Of a DNA stretch of 64,000 nucleotides, positions 12,601-26,800 are shown in pieces (position 1 is the stretch's first letter; every line of letters begins with the position of its first letter). The notes under the pieces were generated by a model. It was not told where the DNA came from. It saw only the letters and a program-made list of their open reading frames with translations, and ran no database searches. A program made the position numbers and the translations under genes. This stretch comes from Stylophora pistillata (lineage: Eukaryota). The stretch spans positions 320,035 to 384,034 of the forward strand of contig NW_019217808.1 in the NCBI RefSeq assembly GCF_002571385.2. Reading direction: 5' to 3'.

Positions 12601-14501
12601 GAGGAAAGTAAACTATTGTCTGATAAGATTTGTGAAGAACTCAGATTAAACAAGCTGCAGTCAATCAGTGGCTGGAGTTATGCATCTTATCATGGCTCCC
12701 TTAAAAACTTCTGGAACCTTTGCTTATCCAAGCAGTCTGACCTTCAGAATCTCAAGGGACGTACAATAATTTTTACAGACTGGACAGGGGTTGATCCTCT
12801 CGGTCGTGTCATGTTGAATGCTCAAGATGTCCCAGAATTTTGGCTTTCAGTAAGTAAGACAACCTTTACGGCCTTGTGGCACACAACCACCTGAGCTTAT
12901 TCTACTCTTTTGGCCTGAAGACATGTTAGGAGAATTTGAAATCTTGCTAGATTGCATGCTTGTCTAAAAGATTGATGAAACCCTTGGTGGTTATGTATAA
13001 ACTATATTCTGCTCATCTAAAGAGGTGTTGTATCTGGACCCTGCGGTTGCAGGTGCAAAACTATTGAAAAAAATTGAGTGAAAGTGAGTAGAAGTTACAA
13101 AGTTTGCAACCTAACCACAGATATTTCGTTGTTTTGGAGGGATCAAAGTAGGTAATCCTGCTAGCTGATAAGAAAATCAGAACACAGAATTCACTTCACT
13201 TTGGCTGCTTACAGAAACTAGAGCTCTCAATTAAGTCTTGTTGATTGAATGTGAGACTTGGGAAAACAAGTTCAATCTTTTGCTCTCATGCTGAGAAAAT
13301 ATTATTTCTTTTTCTGTCAGAACTTAACATCCTTGGAAGACTCTGATGTTCTTGTCGATCAGGTTCCTATGTGGGAGAGAAAACTCTCTTCATTACTTGG
13401 TGACATGAAGATCAAATATGATGAAGATTCACCCTCAGTCTCAGTTGTGGAATATTTAAACTACTTGTACAGAGTAGTTTCTTCACTGAAAAGAGGATTA
13501 CTTGGACCTGATGCTTCAACAACCATTCAGCCGGGAGAATTCAAAGAGTGTACTGCAAGAATTCTAAGGTTTGTTAGTTTTTATGTTACCAAGTCAAAAT
13601 AGAAAAATTGAAACTTTTTCACTCACAAATTGTCAGTGTCGAAAAAGATTAAAAGATTATAAATTTATTCTCTTATCTTGAGCCTGACAAAAGTACAGCA
13701 TTGCTCAAAAGCATATTGACAGTCCTTCAAAACTTGATCCTCCAAGTTGAGAATTGAGACATTTGAGTTGAGTTTCAAGACACTCAAAACTTGTTTTGAA
13801 TGTCACAAAATGAAGAAACAAACAAATATTAGTTGGATAAGACTGAAGCAATGATAGAAAAGGCTGCAATGATTTTAAGTCTTCAGAAGGAAAAATGATG
13901 TGTATTTACCTGGAAAAATAATTAATAAAAGGACAATTATAGGGAAATGATTAAAAATTATTATTTCAGTCCAGCAGATGCACTCAGCCTGTCACTTAGT
14001 GGTGAGTTTAGAATACCACCTTCAATTCCAACAGAGTTGATAGTGGATTTTCTGGGAAAGCACAAACAGAAGGCTATGGACCTACATGACGAGAACAAAA
14101 GGTGTGGAGACTTATTCTGATACTATCAAACATTTGTTTTATACTGCAAAGAACAGGATAAAGTCCTGCAAGGTGTGCTAGCTACTATGCCGGGCTCGAA
14201 ACCTGGTTATGAATTTTTATTTTAAAATACAAGGAAATAAATTTGCTGATGGTTATCATATTTTCATTTTGTTTCCAGGAACATATTAACAGAAGAGCAG
14301 GCAGTTCAGTCATGTAGAGAGAAATTTCAGTTCTCCTCTCTTTCTAAAGACAGCTCCGTTTCACCATTGCAGATGAGTGACTGCTGTGAGAGACTTCTTG
14401 GGGAAGACTACCCTGATATTAAAAATACAAACCTCATTGTTTCCAAATATTACCATGTCAATGAAGATGGTCAAATCAGTATTCCATGGAACTGGAAGTG
14501 A
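9640..14501 (+). CDS. TCAIM: T-cell activation inhibitor, mitochondrial homolog (DUF4460/DUF4461); about 483 aa, 7 coding exons
   Basis: Exons 9640-9665, 10858-10981, 11724-11853, 12281-12849, 13321-13568, 13970-14101 and 14279-14501 splice in frame with GT-AG ends. Diagnostic ALKPFYFAVHPDLFGQYP...INEDSLKRLNSYL at the N-terminus and C-terminal IPWNWK*. The first 26-nt exon is inferred from phase compatibility. Confidence 0.9.
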
Positions 14502-14921
14502 ATCTCTTAATTGGATGAGAAACACATTTGTCCTCACTTTAGCCCTTTGCTCTGATGAAGGACTAACACTTGAAATGTTAGTTTTAAAACTTTTTATGGT
14601 GGCCAATTAATTAATATAAATTATAAATTAATCCAAAATTACCCTTAGGCTAATCCCCTCAGGAGTGTCCAAAATGGAATTGTTCTGTACAATGTAAATA
14701 TATTTTTATCAATTTAAGAAAGGTGCAGGTAACAAGAGAAGTAAACTTTTACCCTTGATCTCCCAAGGTCTCTTTAGAAATTCTCCTTACCATCTATTGC
14801 ACAATTTTTATGATGTTCATTTGGAGAATTTGGTATTCAATCAACTAATAATCCCTTAATTGACATTTTTCCAATGAAGATATTCCTCCTTTGTCACTCA
14901 CGAGAGTTAAAGTGTTAATTC

Positions 14922-15222
14922 AAGGTAAAGGCTGTTTATGAGTCAAGTGGTCCATCAGGCAAACACTTAGCTCCAGTTTCTGTGGAATGAAGTGACTAGG
15001 AGTATTTCTACTCCCCCTTGGATGGGATGCCAGTTTGTCCATCGCAGGGTTACCCCCCAGCATTAAATTCGCCGGTACCCATTTAAACACCTAGGTGAAG
15101 AAAGGCACTGTGAGGGTAGTGTCTTGCCTAAGAACACAAAACAATGTCCCCAGCTAGGGCTCAAACCTGGACCACTCAATCCTGAGTTGAGCCCACCAAC
15201 CATGAGGCCACCATGCTTCCTA
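14922..15222 (-). mobile_element. tRNA-derived SINE with CORE/MIR-like central domain
   Basis: The minus strand has A-box-like TGGCCTCATGG, B-box-like GGTTTGAGCCC, then GTGTTCTTAGGCAAGACACT...CACAGTGCC...AAATGGGTACCGGCG. Related copies lie at about 19400-20155 (-) and 41895-42130 (+). Confidence 0.7.
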
Positions 15223-15984
15223 CATTAATTTAAACAAGTGGATAATATTCCCTGGGCTGAAATGATAATAAATGCGTGGGCTGATTGATAGATGAATCTT
15301 GGGAGTTAAAGGGTAAAAGCAGGAAACTTGCTAAATCTATTTACTTTTGTCAAAAATAAAACTAATATATTGAATAAAGGCTGATAAGTCATGTCATTTT
15401 TAAGGGCAAAGAAACACAATAAAAAAACTTCTACACAGTAAGGGACTGATCTGGGTTTGATAGTAAATAATGAGTCAGTGTAAATAATCATCGGGAAATG
15501 TTACTTTTTAATAGAAATGCAGTAAATGTTGTTGAGAAAATGTATTACATTGGAATGATAATAACTTCCATGTGAGTAACATGAATTTTTAATCACAAAA
15601 AGGGTGGAGTTTAAAATCTTGAAAGTTTACGGTTAAGACATACTTGTCTGGTAAATAGGTACAGTCATTTATTGCACTCTCCTTGTCAGACATTATTTAT
15701 TATAATACTAAAATACTGCAAATACCGAACTGATGAGTATTCTAGAAGTAATATGCTATTTAAGTTGTTAGACTTCTTAAGTTATACATTAAATTTTTTA
15801 TAATTATTATTAAATGTGACTGAGTAGTTTTTATAACTCATGTGGTTACAATTTATTTTGTTCTTTTTGTAAGCTTGGATGCAGTGATATGGAAATAATA
15901 AACTTCTTTTTGAAAAATGCCAAGTTGGAATTTATTAGCATTTAAGTTCCCTAACAATTCCAAAACATAATAAAGTATTATCGA

Positions 15985-16115
15985 CACCCGCCAATCACAG
16001 TTGTGGAATACCAGCCAATCACAGTGGAGCATCCTGCTTTATAAGAAGACCTGAAACCAGTGGACCTTATTGCCTGATGAAGATTAGCAGTATGCAGTTG
16101 AAACATTGCAATCCA
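15985..16115 (+). mobile_element. Penelope-like terminal-repeat remnant with minimal hammerhead ribozyme motif
   Basis: Two CCAATCACAG boxes and TTATAA precede ATTGC-CTGATGA-(stem II)-GAAA-CATT-GCAAT at 16069-16112. Confidence 0.5.
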
Positions 16116-18062
16116 CATTATAAGTGATTATAACATGAGACAAATGCAAAAACTGATTTCAGCTGATTTACACATCTCTTCTGTCCATTTTTTTTTTGAA
16201 TAATTGTCATACTTTCATAGTATGGAAGATGAACAATGAAAACACACGTTTGCATGGTTTAATATCTCTATTTGACTTTCCTCTAAGTGTACCCAATGAT
16301 TATTTAATTGCCTCCAAGTAAAGGGATCACTGTGGGCTTTAAGGTTAAGTTCTGATTCTTGGGCCTTTCCTGTTGAGTTTTTTATTTTTATGGGTGCCGT
16401 AATATCACATTGTTAGTCCGAGTTTTCATTTGAAATGTAGGATGAAAGTTTTTTTTTCTTTTCAGTTTCCTGGGGTAAACAGTTGTTGTTCAAACACGGA
16501 AAAATCTTATTGTATCAATAACAATAAATTATCATTATTTATTGTTAGGGTTAAAAAAGGTATTGGTACTTTTCTAATGGTTATGCAGCAATCACTTCGA
16601 ATACTCGACAACACCCTCCCCCTCCTGGGTAGGTGAGGAATGTTGAGTGTTTCCAGCAGAATCCTAGTGTTATCAAAGTGAAGGTGTGGTAAATAGTTCA
16701 CTCTTGCAAGAAAATGGCTCGAAAGAAAAGGTCCACAGGGTCATGGTTTTAAAGCTTGGTCAATATATAGAAAGTCACAGCGGCAAGAACAAGTCAATCT
16801 TCACTAGTTCAACGTTACTCACCCCAAGAGGCACTTCCTGATTACCCATAAAACCCAAAAGTACCTTTCCCTTGGTTGAATAACATGTTATTTTATTCAC
16901 GTTACCTTTTATGTAAGTGCTTTAAACATGAAATGAGGGTTCAAGAAAGGGCTCCTAATTTTTTTGTTACATTTTTTCTTTTTCTCTCTCTGATATATTT
17001 ATATTCTTTATATTGCAATTCACTGCCTTGGAGGAAATCCAGAGGCATGTTCCTTAGGGAAATTTCAAATGTCTTAACTCTTATTAATTAAAGGTTTACT
17101 ATGGAGCCTTATTCTTATGTAACAGAAAGCAGAGAACTAAACTATGCAGAAAAATCTTTATTAAGAATACAAAAACATAATTTAAAATTTGTGTATGCAC
17201 TATATTTATCATACTTTATTGCTTCTTAATTATTGAAGATAAAATATGACCTTCAGCAAGTAATAAGTTCAGCTCAAAACACCCTTTCACTGTTTGCTTT
17301 TCAATTTCCCATCAATCCACTGCAAACAATTTTAAGGTAAAAAACATTCCCACTGACTGAAAGTACTGATTTACTGCTCTGTAATGCAAAAGTGTTACCA
17401 AGCAGTAATAAACAAGTTGATTATTTTGTCAAATAAATTGATCTCAGAACATTCCTGAATATCCAAGGTGTACTCAAGTCTCCTTTGCAACTTTTCTTTG
17501 GACTGCCATGCAGTGCCACTCAAAGAGAATGGTTGCAAAGGAGAAAAAGTTAAGATCTTTCATTTACAATGAAAACTAAGGGGGGGGGGGAAGAGAGGTA
17601 AACACCATAACACAATGACCATTAAGGCCCTTGTGTTATTTCCTTCCTGTTTTTGTGAGTAATACAGCATTGTGAAACCATCCTTTGGACAAGACTGAAA
17701 CCCTCACTATGCTGGGGTCCTACTGATCTGTGTTTTACAACAGCTCTGGTGCATAATAATGACATTTCAACTGTTATAACAAACTTATTTAAGTGACAGT
17801 TATTTCTAAAATTCTGCAGAATTTGCCTTAAATACTATAATTATTTAATGTAATGTTTGCAAAAAGACAATTACATTCATGCATCAACTACTCATTTGAA
17901 CTGATAGCTGATCAAGTTCTACAATTTCCATGTAGAAACTATAATAATATTATGATAAACTTGTTCATTCCGCATGAATAACATTTCTATTTTTATGTCA
18001 AAGCTGCTACAGGCATTCCCAGGTCAAAAGAAGCACACTAGATGAATACAAAGCCAAAATGC

Positions 18063-21000
18063 TCAGACAGTAGCCTTGGAACACATATGTACATCTTGAT
18101 TGTGTACGCGGCTCAAGTCAGGGCACAGGGCTTCATTATCCTTTCCAGTCCATGCACGGCCATCTCTGAGTGCTTCATTTAGACTGTCAATCCATGTCGC
18201 ACGGTCAGACTTTGTATCAGCAGCCAACAGGTACCTTATGCAGTAGGTAACATACATAGAATTGATCAGCTCGTTCCTTTTAAATTCTGATGTTAAAAAC
18301 GTTGTCATTATTACAGCTTCACAAATATTGAAGATATACAAGAGTCTTATGGTAGTATAATGTACATTTTTAAGAGGATTCAAGGTTTAAGGAATCCACT
18401 CCCTTAAAACAAGTGGCTTTTAAAATTAAAGGAGAAATGAACACTTATGCATGAAGAGAGTAAAGTTAAAGCCACTAAAATGATGTCCCACAGCAGGCAG
18501 GAGCGATCAATCATTGCTGGATACCGCACCCTTTTATCTAGAACCCTGAATACACATAAATTTGAATTCCATAATTCTTAGTTAGACATCTTTTTATTGG
18601 TCTGTTCATGTTGTGAATGTTTTGCATACAAGCCAATTGAAGTTGATCTTGCTACCAATTTTATTGACTGCAATTACATCATGACCATAACTTACTTGAC
18701 TTCAGTACCACAGGACCTCCTGAGTTTCAGTTCGATGGTGTTTGGACGGGCACACAGGTCTCTCGCCACTCTTGTGACTTCTTCATTGATACACTCTGCT
18801 AAATTGATGGAGCCCATTGGGGACTTTGACAGAAAGAAACACATGACCATTAGATAATGTGGATTAAGCCAAAGAGTACAAGCCTTGTAAGACAAATCAG
18901 GAAAATCAGTATGTCAGAGAATCACAATTTTCCTGACTTGTAAGGATACTTACATATATATAATTAAAAATCAAACTTTTCTAGGACTTTTACAAAGGTT
19001 CTTTAAAACATAATTCAGAGTTCAGTCCCAAACACAATATTTCTTGCTTAGATTGTTGTTGCCAGAGAAATAATTTTTAGTCCTTTCCCATGACTTTTTA
19101 TGACCCAAACTCTGTGACCTCTCTAGTCTAAAAATGATGTTATTTATCATTTTAAAATTTCATGATAATTGGGGATTTACTTAAAACATACTTTGGTTTC
19201 CTCATCTCCTGGATATCTCCAATAGGACATCACAGCTCCCTGTAGCACACACCATCTTCTTTGCCATGCTCCATAGCCCCCTATGTCCTCCAAGATGGTC
19301 TGATAAAAAGAAGAGACAATGTGATGGTTAGAACCCGTAATCATAAGATGTGATTTTCCAAAACTTTCCATGATCCTAAAAGGTAATTAAAGTTTAACTT
19401 GAGCCTATTGACCCACCCCAGCCAGAGATTATCTTGGTATCCCTGTGGCATGAAGCAACTAGGAGTAGTTCTTACCCCCCCTGGATGGATGCTAGTCCAT
19501 CACAAGGTTACCCCCACGACTTCATCAGGCTTCCTTGACAATTTGCCAGTACATAGGCATTATTAACCAAGCATAAGGTCAAGATAGCAGGATATTGGCC
19601 AAGTTCTTTTTTTGCATTTTTATGGACCGAGATGAAGTCAAAAAAGAACAAGACTAATATCCAGCCATCTTGACCAAACAAGCTTGGTTAATAAAAGATT
19701 TATCATACTGCAAAAAGATTTGGCTTTTTAAGAATTAACAAGTGACTTGTTTACTTCGAGAGCAGGAAAAGCCAACTGTGTTTGTAGCACAACAAACTCC
19801 AGAGAGTTGTTTTCATTTTCTTTGTTTTGATTATCTTCTGCTGCTTTTTGTCTTACCATTGCTGAAATTGTCTAATTTTTTCATGTGCAGAATCAATGCA
19901 GGCAATTCCAAGCGGGTAAGATGGGCCCATCTTGCCTACTTGGTAGCCAATCAGAATACAGGATTCACTTCATCTTGCCCATGGGCACTGTGAATGATGT
20001 AATAACAATTTATACTCCTGGGTGAAGAGAGGCACTGAGGGTACAAAGTGTCTTGTTCAAGACCACAACACACTGACCCATCCAGCTCTAGAACCCAGGC
20101 CTCTCAACCTGGAGTCTAGTGCACTGACTATTTGGTCACTGCATCTCCCACATCCTTGAACCTGAGTGACATGAGAAAATGTCCATCGTTCATGCTCCCT
20201 TTATAAAATTTTCACAAAGAGAAACACCTTTCTTCCTGACGTCATTAAATTTTCCGACAGTGAGGAGTTTCTCATCCCCATTCCCCGCAATCCTGATATC
20301 TTACATATAAATTAAATATCAAAAAGCACTGATTTTTAACAGTCTTCACCATAAGTGCACATTTACCCCTACCAGAAATCCATTGACACGGTTGCTGTAT
20401 TGAGGAGAGCAGTCAACCTTCATTTCCAAGAAGTTTGTCAAAGGACAAGTGTCAGGCACCTGATGATAAATCAATGACAAGTGCTCAAGAATGCAAACTA
20501 CATGTAGATCAAGTGGCATTTTAAAGGCCCCCCATACATAATCAAAAGGTGGGTTTAATCAAGTGCATTTTTAAAATTGAGAGCTGGCAATATCCATCAA
20601 AAAACTATACAATAATAAGTGATTTTTGCATTGCTACAGTTCCTTTCTGCCTCTTACGAGCCAAGAGTGAGTCTCACAAGGCAAAAGGGTTAGCCAAATG
20701 GACTCAGAGCTGATTGCTACAAAGGTTCTCGTAGCACCCATCAAGGTTGACATTCTTTCTTTCTAACTCCTATCATCTTGACAAAGAAAAATATCAACTC
20801 ACCTTATCAAGAGAAAACTGTTTTGATTTGATGATTGGCAGGTTAACATGTGTCACTCCAACAGGCACAAAGCTACTAGTTCTGAACACTGTTTGTGGTG
20901 ATGCCAGAACTTGAGTTGCTGAAAAATGTATATGAGGATTTCTATCAATCAATACACTCTCTTGCCTCTGTGCCCTTAGTGTTTAAAGGCATTGAGCTTT

Positions 21001-23829
21001 TAATTAATAATTCTGTCTGATAGAATGAAATTTCCAGATTTGAGACATTAGCCAGAAAGTACTTACCTGGTGAAGGAGTGTCTGATGTGCGCCGCTGAAT
21101 GGAAAAAAACAAACAGAAAAAGGAATCCCAGTGAGTAAGAAGCATGTAAATGACAAAGACTGAATGTTATATACCTAATGATTATTTCCAATTTTAATTA
21201 TTATTCAGGCTGGTTTTTAAGGGTTGTAACCTGTGACACTTGCTATGGCTGAGTTCACTTGATCTTACGGGTGTCTGAATAGTTTATGTTGGTTGTTCTC
21301 ATGTTACACTATCCCACTAATTACACTGCTATGGGGGATATTTCTAGTGTACCAGGTGCTTCAAACTTACTGATAGCCCTGCATTACCAATAAAATGTTC
21401 AACTGTTCAAGAGTTCCTTTAAATCACGCGAGGTCTTAGAAGACTTCACCCTCGCTGTAGCTGGTCTACCTTTGCACTGATTATAATTTTTAGGTCTTTA
21501 TATTATTTTAACTGGAGGAGATGCTTTAGCTGGCTGTATAGTACTCAATACATAAAGTAGAGCATAAATAGAAAGTAAGACCACCGTCTGATGATTGTGA
21601 AAGCATGAAACTACGAGTCACGGAAACTTTGTTTTGTTGTTGATTTTACTATTTCTATATTATTTTAATAGTTTTTCCTATTTAGTAATGCTAAATTTTT
21701 TCTTTTCCCATATATTTTAATCAGTCCTCTATCGTTAACATGCATTAATATTAATAATTCTTTTAAAAAGTTGTAAATAATTAGATATATGATTTAAAAT
21801 TGTAAATAATTGCTATCATTATTATTAAATGAAGCAGGCCAATTTTTATCTTAATTTTTGTAAATATTTTTAGTGATTATAGTGAATAAAGGTTTTATTT
21901 TTATAAAATGTTCAACAGCTGCGCCAAAGAGATCTCTCATTCTGATTTTTTGCATACAATAAAAAAAAAACTTTGATGATCAACCAAATGGTATACACAA
22001 AGATTATGCTTGTTCTTACACCAGCAAGCATTCCTTTCACAACTTTAGGTGACTGGAAGATCTTGTGCTTGGTTGGAGTGGATACAGGCCCAGGCATCAA
22101 CGTCTTCTTTACATTCTGGAAATAAAAATCATTTCATTCAAAATTATTCTAAGTACTACAATTAAACTTTTGAAACTTATGAGCAAAAATCTAGATGTAT
22201 GTATATGAGGATTATGCATTTACAAGGGCTATCTTCCCTATTTTTCTTTGCTATATGAAAGAAGTGGGAGTTGAACCTGATAGTCGAGTATGCAGATCTC
22301 ATTTTGTGAGTTTTAGGATTGTTATTTTGTAGACAGATGCATAGCATTAGAAAGTTATAACTTACCATGCAGAAAAGCTTCACAGCAACAGTAAAATCTG
22401 GTCTCAAGTCTTTCCTGTGACAGTAAAAAAATATTATACCCTTAAGATCTCAGCAATGGCCTTGAAAATCACCCACTTCACTAATGGTATGAATCTTACC
22501 AGGTTAAAAGGTGTCTGGTCAATCTTGGCATCTGGGCTAAATGTTACACAATTTCATACAAGTTGCCTTAAAACCACAGAGACCATAACTTGTGGTTCCT
22601 CATGGCACTGGTTTAGAGAACAGCCTTGCAGTGGCCATAATGCCATGTTTGTTTTGTGTCTAATACAGAACTAACTGCTTCCCTATAACATCGAATGTCA
22701 CTTACAACGTAAACTTTTCAGGGAACACCAAGAAGTTTCCCTCAGTGGCATCGTTTGTTGATAAAACTCTGGAACAGTAAAACTCATGTGTACCATGCTG
22801 GATGATGCAAACGAAGTAAAACACACCAAGATCTGTTGAACAATGATCAAGCTAAATTAGGACAAGTTAATTTCACACGATAATTGTCAATAGCAAATTG
22901 CAGAGCTGATGTTAAAGCTTTCTTAATTGGGGAAACTCACTGTCAAGTCCACTGTCAACATACAGGAAAGCTAGTAAATTGCACTATAACTCACGAATTT
23001 TTAAGAATTCAATTAAGACTTTTCTTTTTAGTCAATCCTTTCAATAGCGGTTAAGTTATGAATTCTATATAGCCAATTTAACTGTAACATGTAATTATTT
23101 TTTAATTAGTTGAGATTTTAATATTTAGAGATATTAATTGTAAAGCACTATTGATCTGTCATTGTAAAAAGCGCTATATAAGAAATAAATTATTATAATT
23201 ATTATTATTATTCCCTTGATTTTTTTCCTGAACATATCGTATGTGTATGTACATTTTACAAGATAGTTAAGGTCAATCCACCTCCCATAATTCTCCGTAT
23301 TAATTGTGCTATTAATACAAAATTAATGTACAACTTTAATGTTCTCCCCACTCCTATTACCAAAAGGAGATTGGCATTTGGAAGATCACATATAGATGCC
23401 ATAGTTGAAGATGAACAAAAAGAGGATACACTTGTCAACTTACCACTTCTGACACCCACTCTTAGCATATCCATAAGTTCTTGACGAAGAGTGATTTTGA
23501 TACCTATCAAAATAATGTACAAATTTTTAAAAAGTCTCACTAATAATTTTAATCATAAGTGCATAAAGAGAAATGTGTTCTTGTCTTTAGTTTAACCCAA
23601 GGACAAACAAAATTTAATATTAGACTGTCACCTGACAAGGATAAGGTTGCTGTACAGGCTGGCATCCCAGAACCACTGCTGTTCATTGTTTTAAATTCCT
23701 GTGCATCTTCATCACCAGCTCCATCCCCAGTTTTCAATTTGTTGACCTCATCTAGACATGCTGTTCTGTGCTCAGCTTGCAATAAAATTTTTGTCAAAAG
23801 TAGAGAGTCAGTAGTTTTGCAACAATAGT

Positions 23830-23873
<44 letters not shown>

Positions 23874-26800
23874 ATAAAAATTTTACACTAAAGAATGCCA
23901 TCACAAATTAACTCATAAGGAATTAAGAAAATCTACATCCTGATAGCTTGGGATTGAATTATCCAATGGTGCATAAAGAAGAAAAATTAAAATATTAAAA
24001 TCCTGGTTACTTTTTAAATTTAATTTAATAATTGAAACTCTACAGATTATGAAATAGATAAGTGCATCAGTCACTGCATTGTAAACTGCTACAAGCAGTC
24101 TGGTAAAGTCCCCTGCACAGTGTTGTAAGCCCCATGGGGAGTGGTCATCTAACCTATGATATGATATGATGACATCTATATCCAGAAATGATTTCAAATT
24201 ATGTAAAAACCATTTGATTGATGTGATAAGATCATCCAAAGCTGCACCTACTTGCGAGTAATAAAACTCTTTCTGCTTCAATTTCTTCCCGGGAGCCTTT
24301 AAAGGTGATGTCATTTGCAACACACAAGTTCAGAGCCTGACTTGCCTGAAGGACAATGTTCTGTTGGTACGCTGCTTCCTCAAGGAGAACCTATAAAGAC
24401 AGATTTAACTTTAATCTAAAGACTTTTTCATTACAAATTTTACTAACTCTGGGTTTATTGTCTTCCCTTCCCTTTTCTTTATTATGAGCTTTTCAGTAAA
24501 AGTTTTTGAAGAAAGCAGATACTCCTCCTGAAGGTAGATGATGTTTGAGAATGAATTGATACAGGGACAAGGAATTCTTTCTCTACTACTCTTGGGAATG
24601 AAAGGGCAAGGCGCATTAAGAGGATGTGAACATTCAAAAACTCAGTGGTGAATGCTGAACTGCGATTTTAGTGGACTTCAAACTCTTATTCAAACACACT
24701 TTAATCTCATCCTGTATTCTCTTTGGTCTCTGTGGTATTGGCTGTTTAGGCTTGTGTACTGTCTTGGTGGCATACTGTTCACTAGACTGACTGTTGTATC
24801 CAGATTGGTAGGTCCGTCTTTCCTCTCGATCAGCCCCCATGGAAGATGCTGAGGCACTTTCTTTCCTCTTTTTCTCTTCTTTCTTTTGTTCTTTCTCAAG
24901 CTAACAAAAAGGTAATAAAACAAGGTTACACAAGGTCAACACATGCAGGGGAAGACAAAGTCAAGCACTAAATACAATGTGTACATGCAAGTTCCTATAA
25001 AGGAATTAATGAACCGACGGCCAAGATTTATTTATCACAACAACTTCATGGCACAGTATGACAAGCTAAAACCTAGTACAAAAGCAAGATTACCAAATGA
25101 ATGCTTATCTGAAAATGTAACTGTCAAATCCTTCAATGTACCTGTTTATACTTCTCTTCATAGCTCATTTTAAAGATACTCTCTCTCTCTTTTTCCAGCT
25201 CATCAAACTGACCAAAATCAAAGGTGAATGTCATTTCATGAATGTCAACATCGTTAAGGTTGATAGTTTCATTTGGATCAAAGTGGGACTCTTTGGTAGG
25301 TCTTCTAGGAACCTTAAATGCAAACTCCTCTTTTTTAGTAGATTTTTTTTGCTTCTTTGAAGAGCTTTGGGCCTGCTTTTCCCACACAACAGATGCAACT
25401 TCCTGTTTGGAGTCCTGGTCAGCTAGTTTTGCGGCACTTGGAGGTTTCTCTGTCTTAGATTCTTTCACTGCAGTAACTTGGGTTTTATCCCTTCTGTTTG
25501 CATTCCTTTTTCCTTCTGGGTTATCATGAGAAACTGCTTGGACAGTAACAATGCTCCTACTGCTTCCACTCTTAGCAACAGCTTTTGGGTTTTCTTCTTC
25601 AATCACACAGGCCTGGATGACACATGGTTGTTCTTCTGACCATTGCTTTCCATGATTCAGCTCCAGTCTCTCTTCACTGCCAACTGGAGTTGCAACAATA
25701 GTCACTCTGTTATCTGAGGTTGCTTTTGTTTTATTTTCTTCCACTTTCTTATCATCAGCACATTCTTCTTGTGTTTTATTGTCTGCTTCATTCAAGCTGA
25801 TCACTTTTGTTCGAGGTTTTGGAGTGGGTTGATCACCATCAGATTTGTCGACGTCATCTAAATCATCAACACTTCCTCTCCTGTCTCGCTTGACTAGAAC
25901 AGGGGGATAGTTTCCATTGCTTTCCTCATCAGCAGATGAACTTTGCTGACTGTTTCTTGCTTTGGCATCCTTTATCGCACCTGCACCTTTGCTGATTTTT
26001 TTCATATCACTTCTATTGTCATTCTTAAACTGGCTTTGATCCTGAAAAGTTGTAGGAGGGTCTGGAGCTTTCCGTTTGATCACAGAGTTGCTGTTATGAT
26101 TTCCGCCGTTGTTTTCTTTTGTATTCTTTGGTGGGGATAAAGCTCTTCTCTTAGCTGCTTGCAGCTGTTCTTCAGAGCTTTTTTCAGAGCTGTCTTCAGT
26201 AACTGCCACTCTTGGGGGCTTAGGGGGAGGTACAAATTTGTCTTTTTCATCACTCACTTTGTTTTTTGTTGACATGCTATTCTCAAACACACTCCGTGCC
26301 TCAGCCAGTTTACCAGGGGTATGTGATGTCTGAAGCTCAAGATGTTTCTTGTCCTTGATATTCTCCTGTAAGCAAAAGACAGCCAAACATCCAATTAACA
26401 TTCTAAATAATTTGCGGGAAAATCTTGCCCCCATTATTGTAGGTGAACAATGTGTTCAGTTTCACAAAATGTAAAATATTGCCTGGGTATGTTTTAAATG
26501 CCAAGTAATCAAGGATATTCATGTCATTGATTATAATTATGAATTACCTTCTGCTGATCCCTTGCAGCATTGGCTTGAAATGTTGCAGATCGTGATGCTA
26601 CACTAGGGCTGCTAACATTGGAATTGTTCACTCCAGCTCCTTGAGTTACAGCTTTCCAATGTTTCTTTGGTGTTGCACCATTTTCTTGATCTTTCTGTTG
26701 CATCTTCATCAGCCTTTCTTTTCTTGCCTAATGGATAGAAAGAGTACAAAGCTACATTTAAAAGGATAATTTGTAATTGTGAAGGAAGTTCCTTCTTCTA

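Noticed and set aside
25133-26434. 433-aa ORF with an apparent signal peptide (MGARFSRKLFRMLIGCLAVFCLQ)
   Set aside because: The hydrophobic start is translated intron sequence before the acceptor at 26366-26367. The rest is anillin exon 4.
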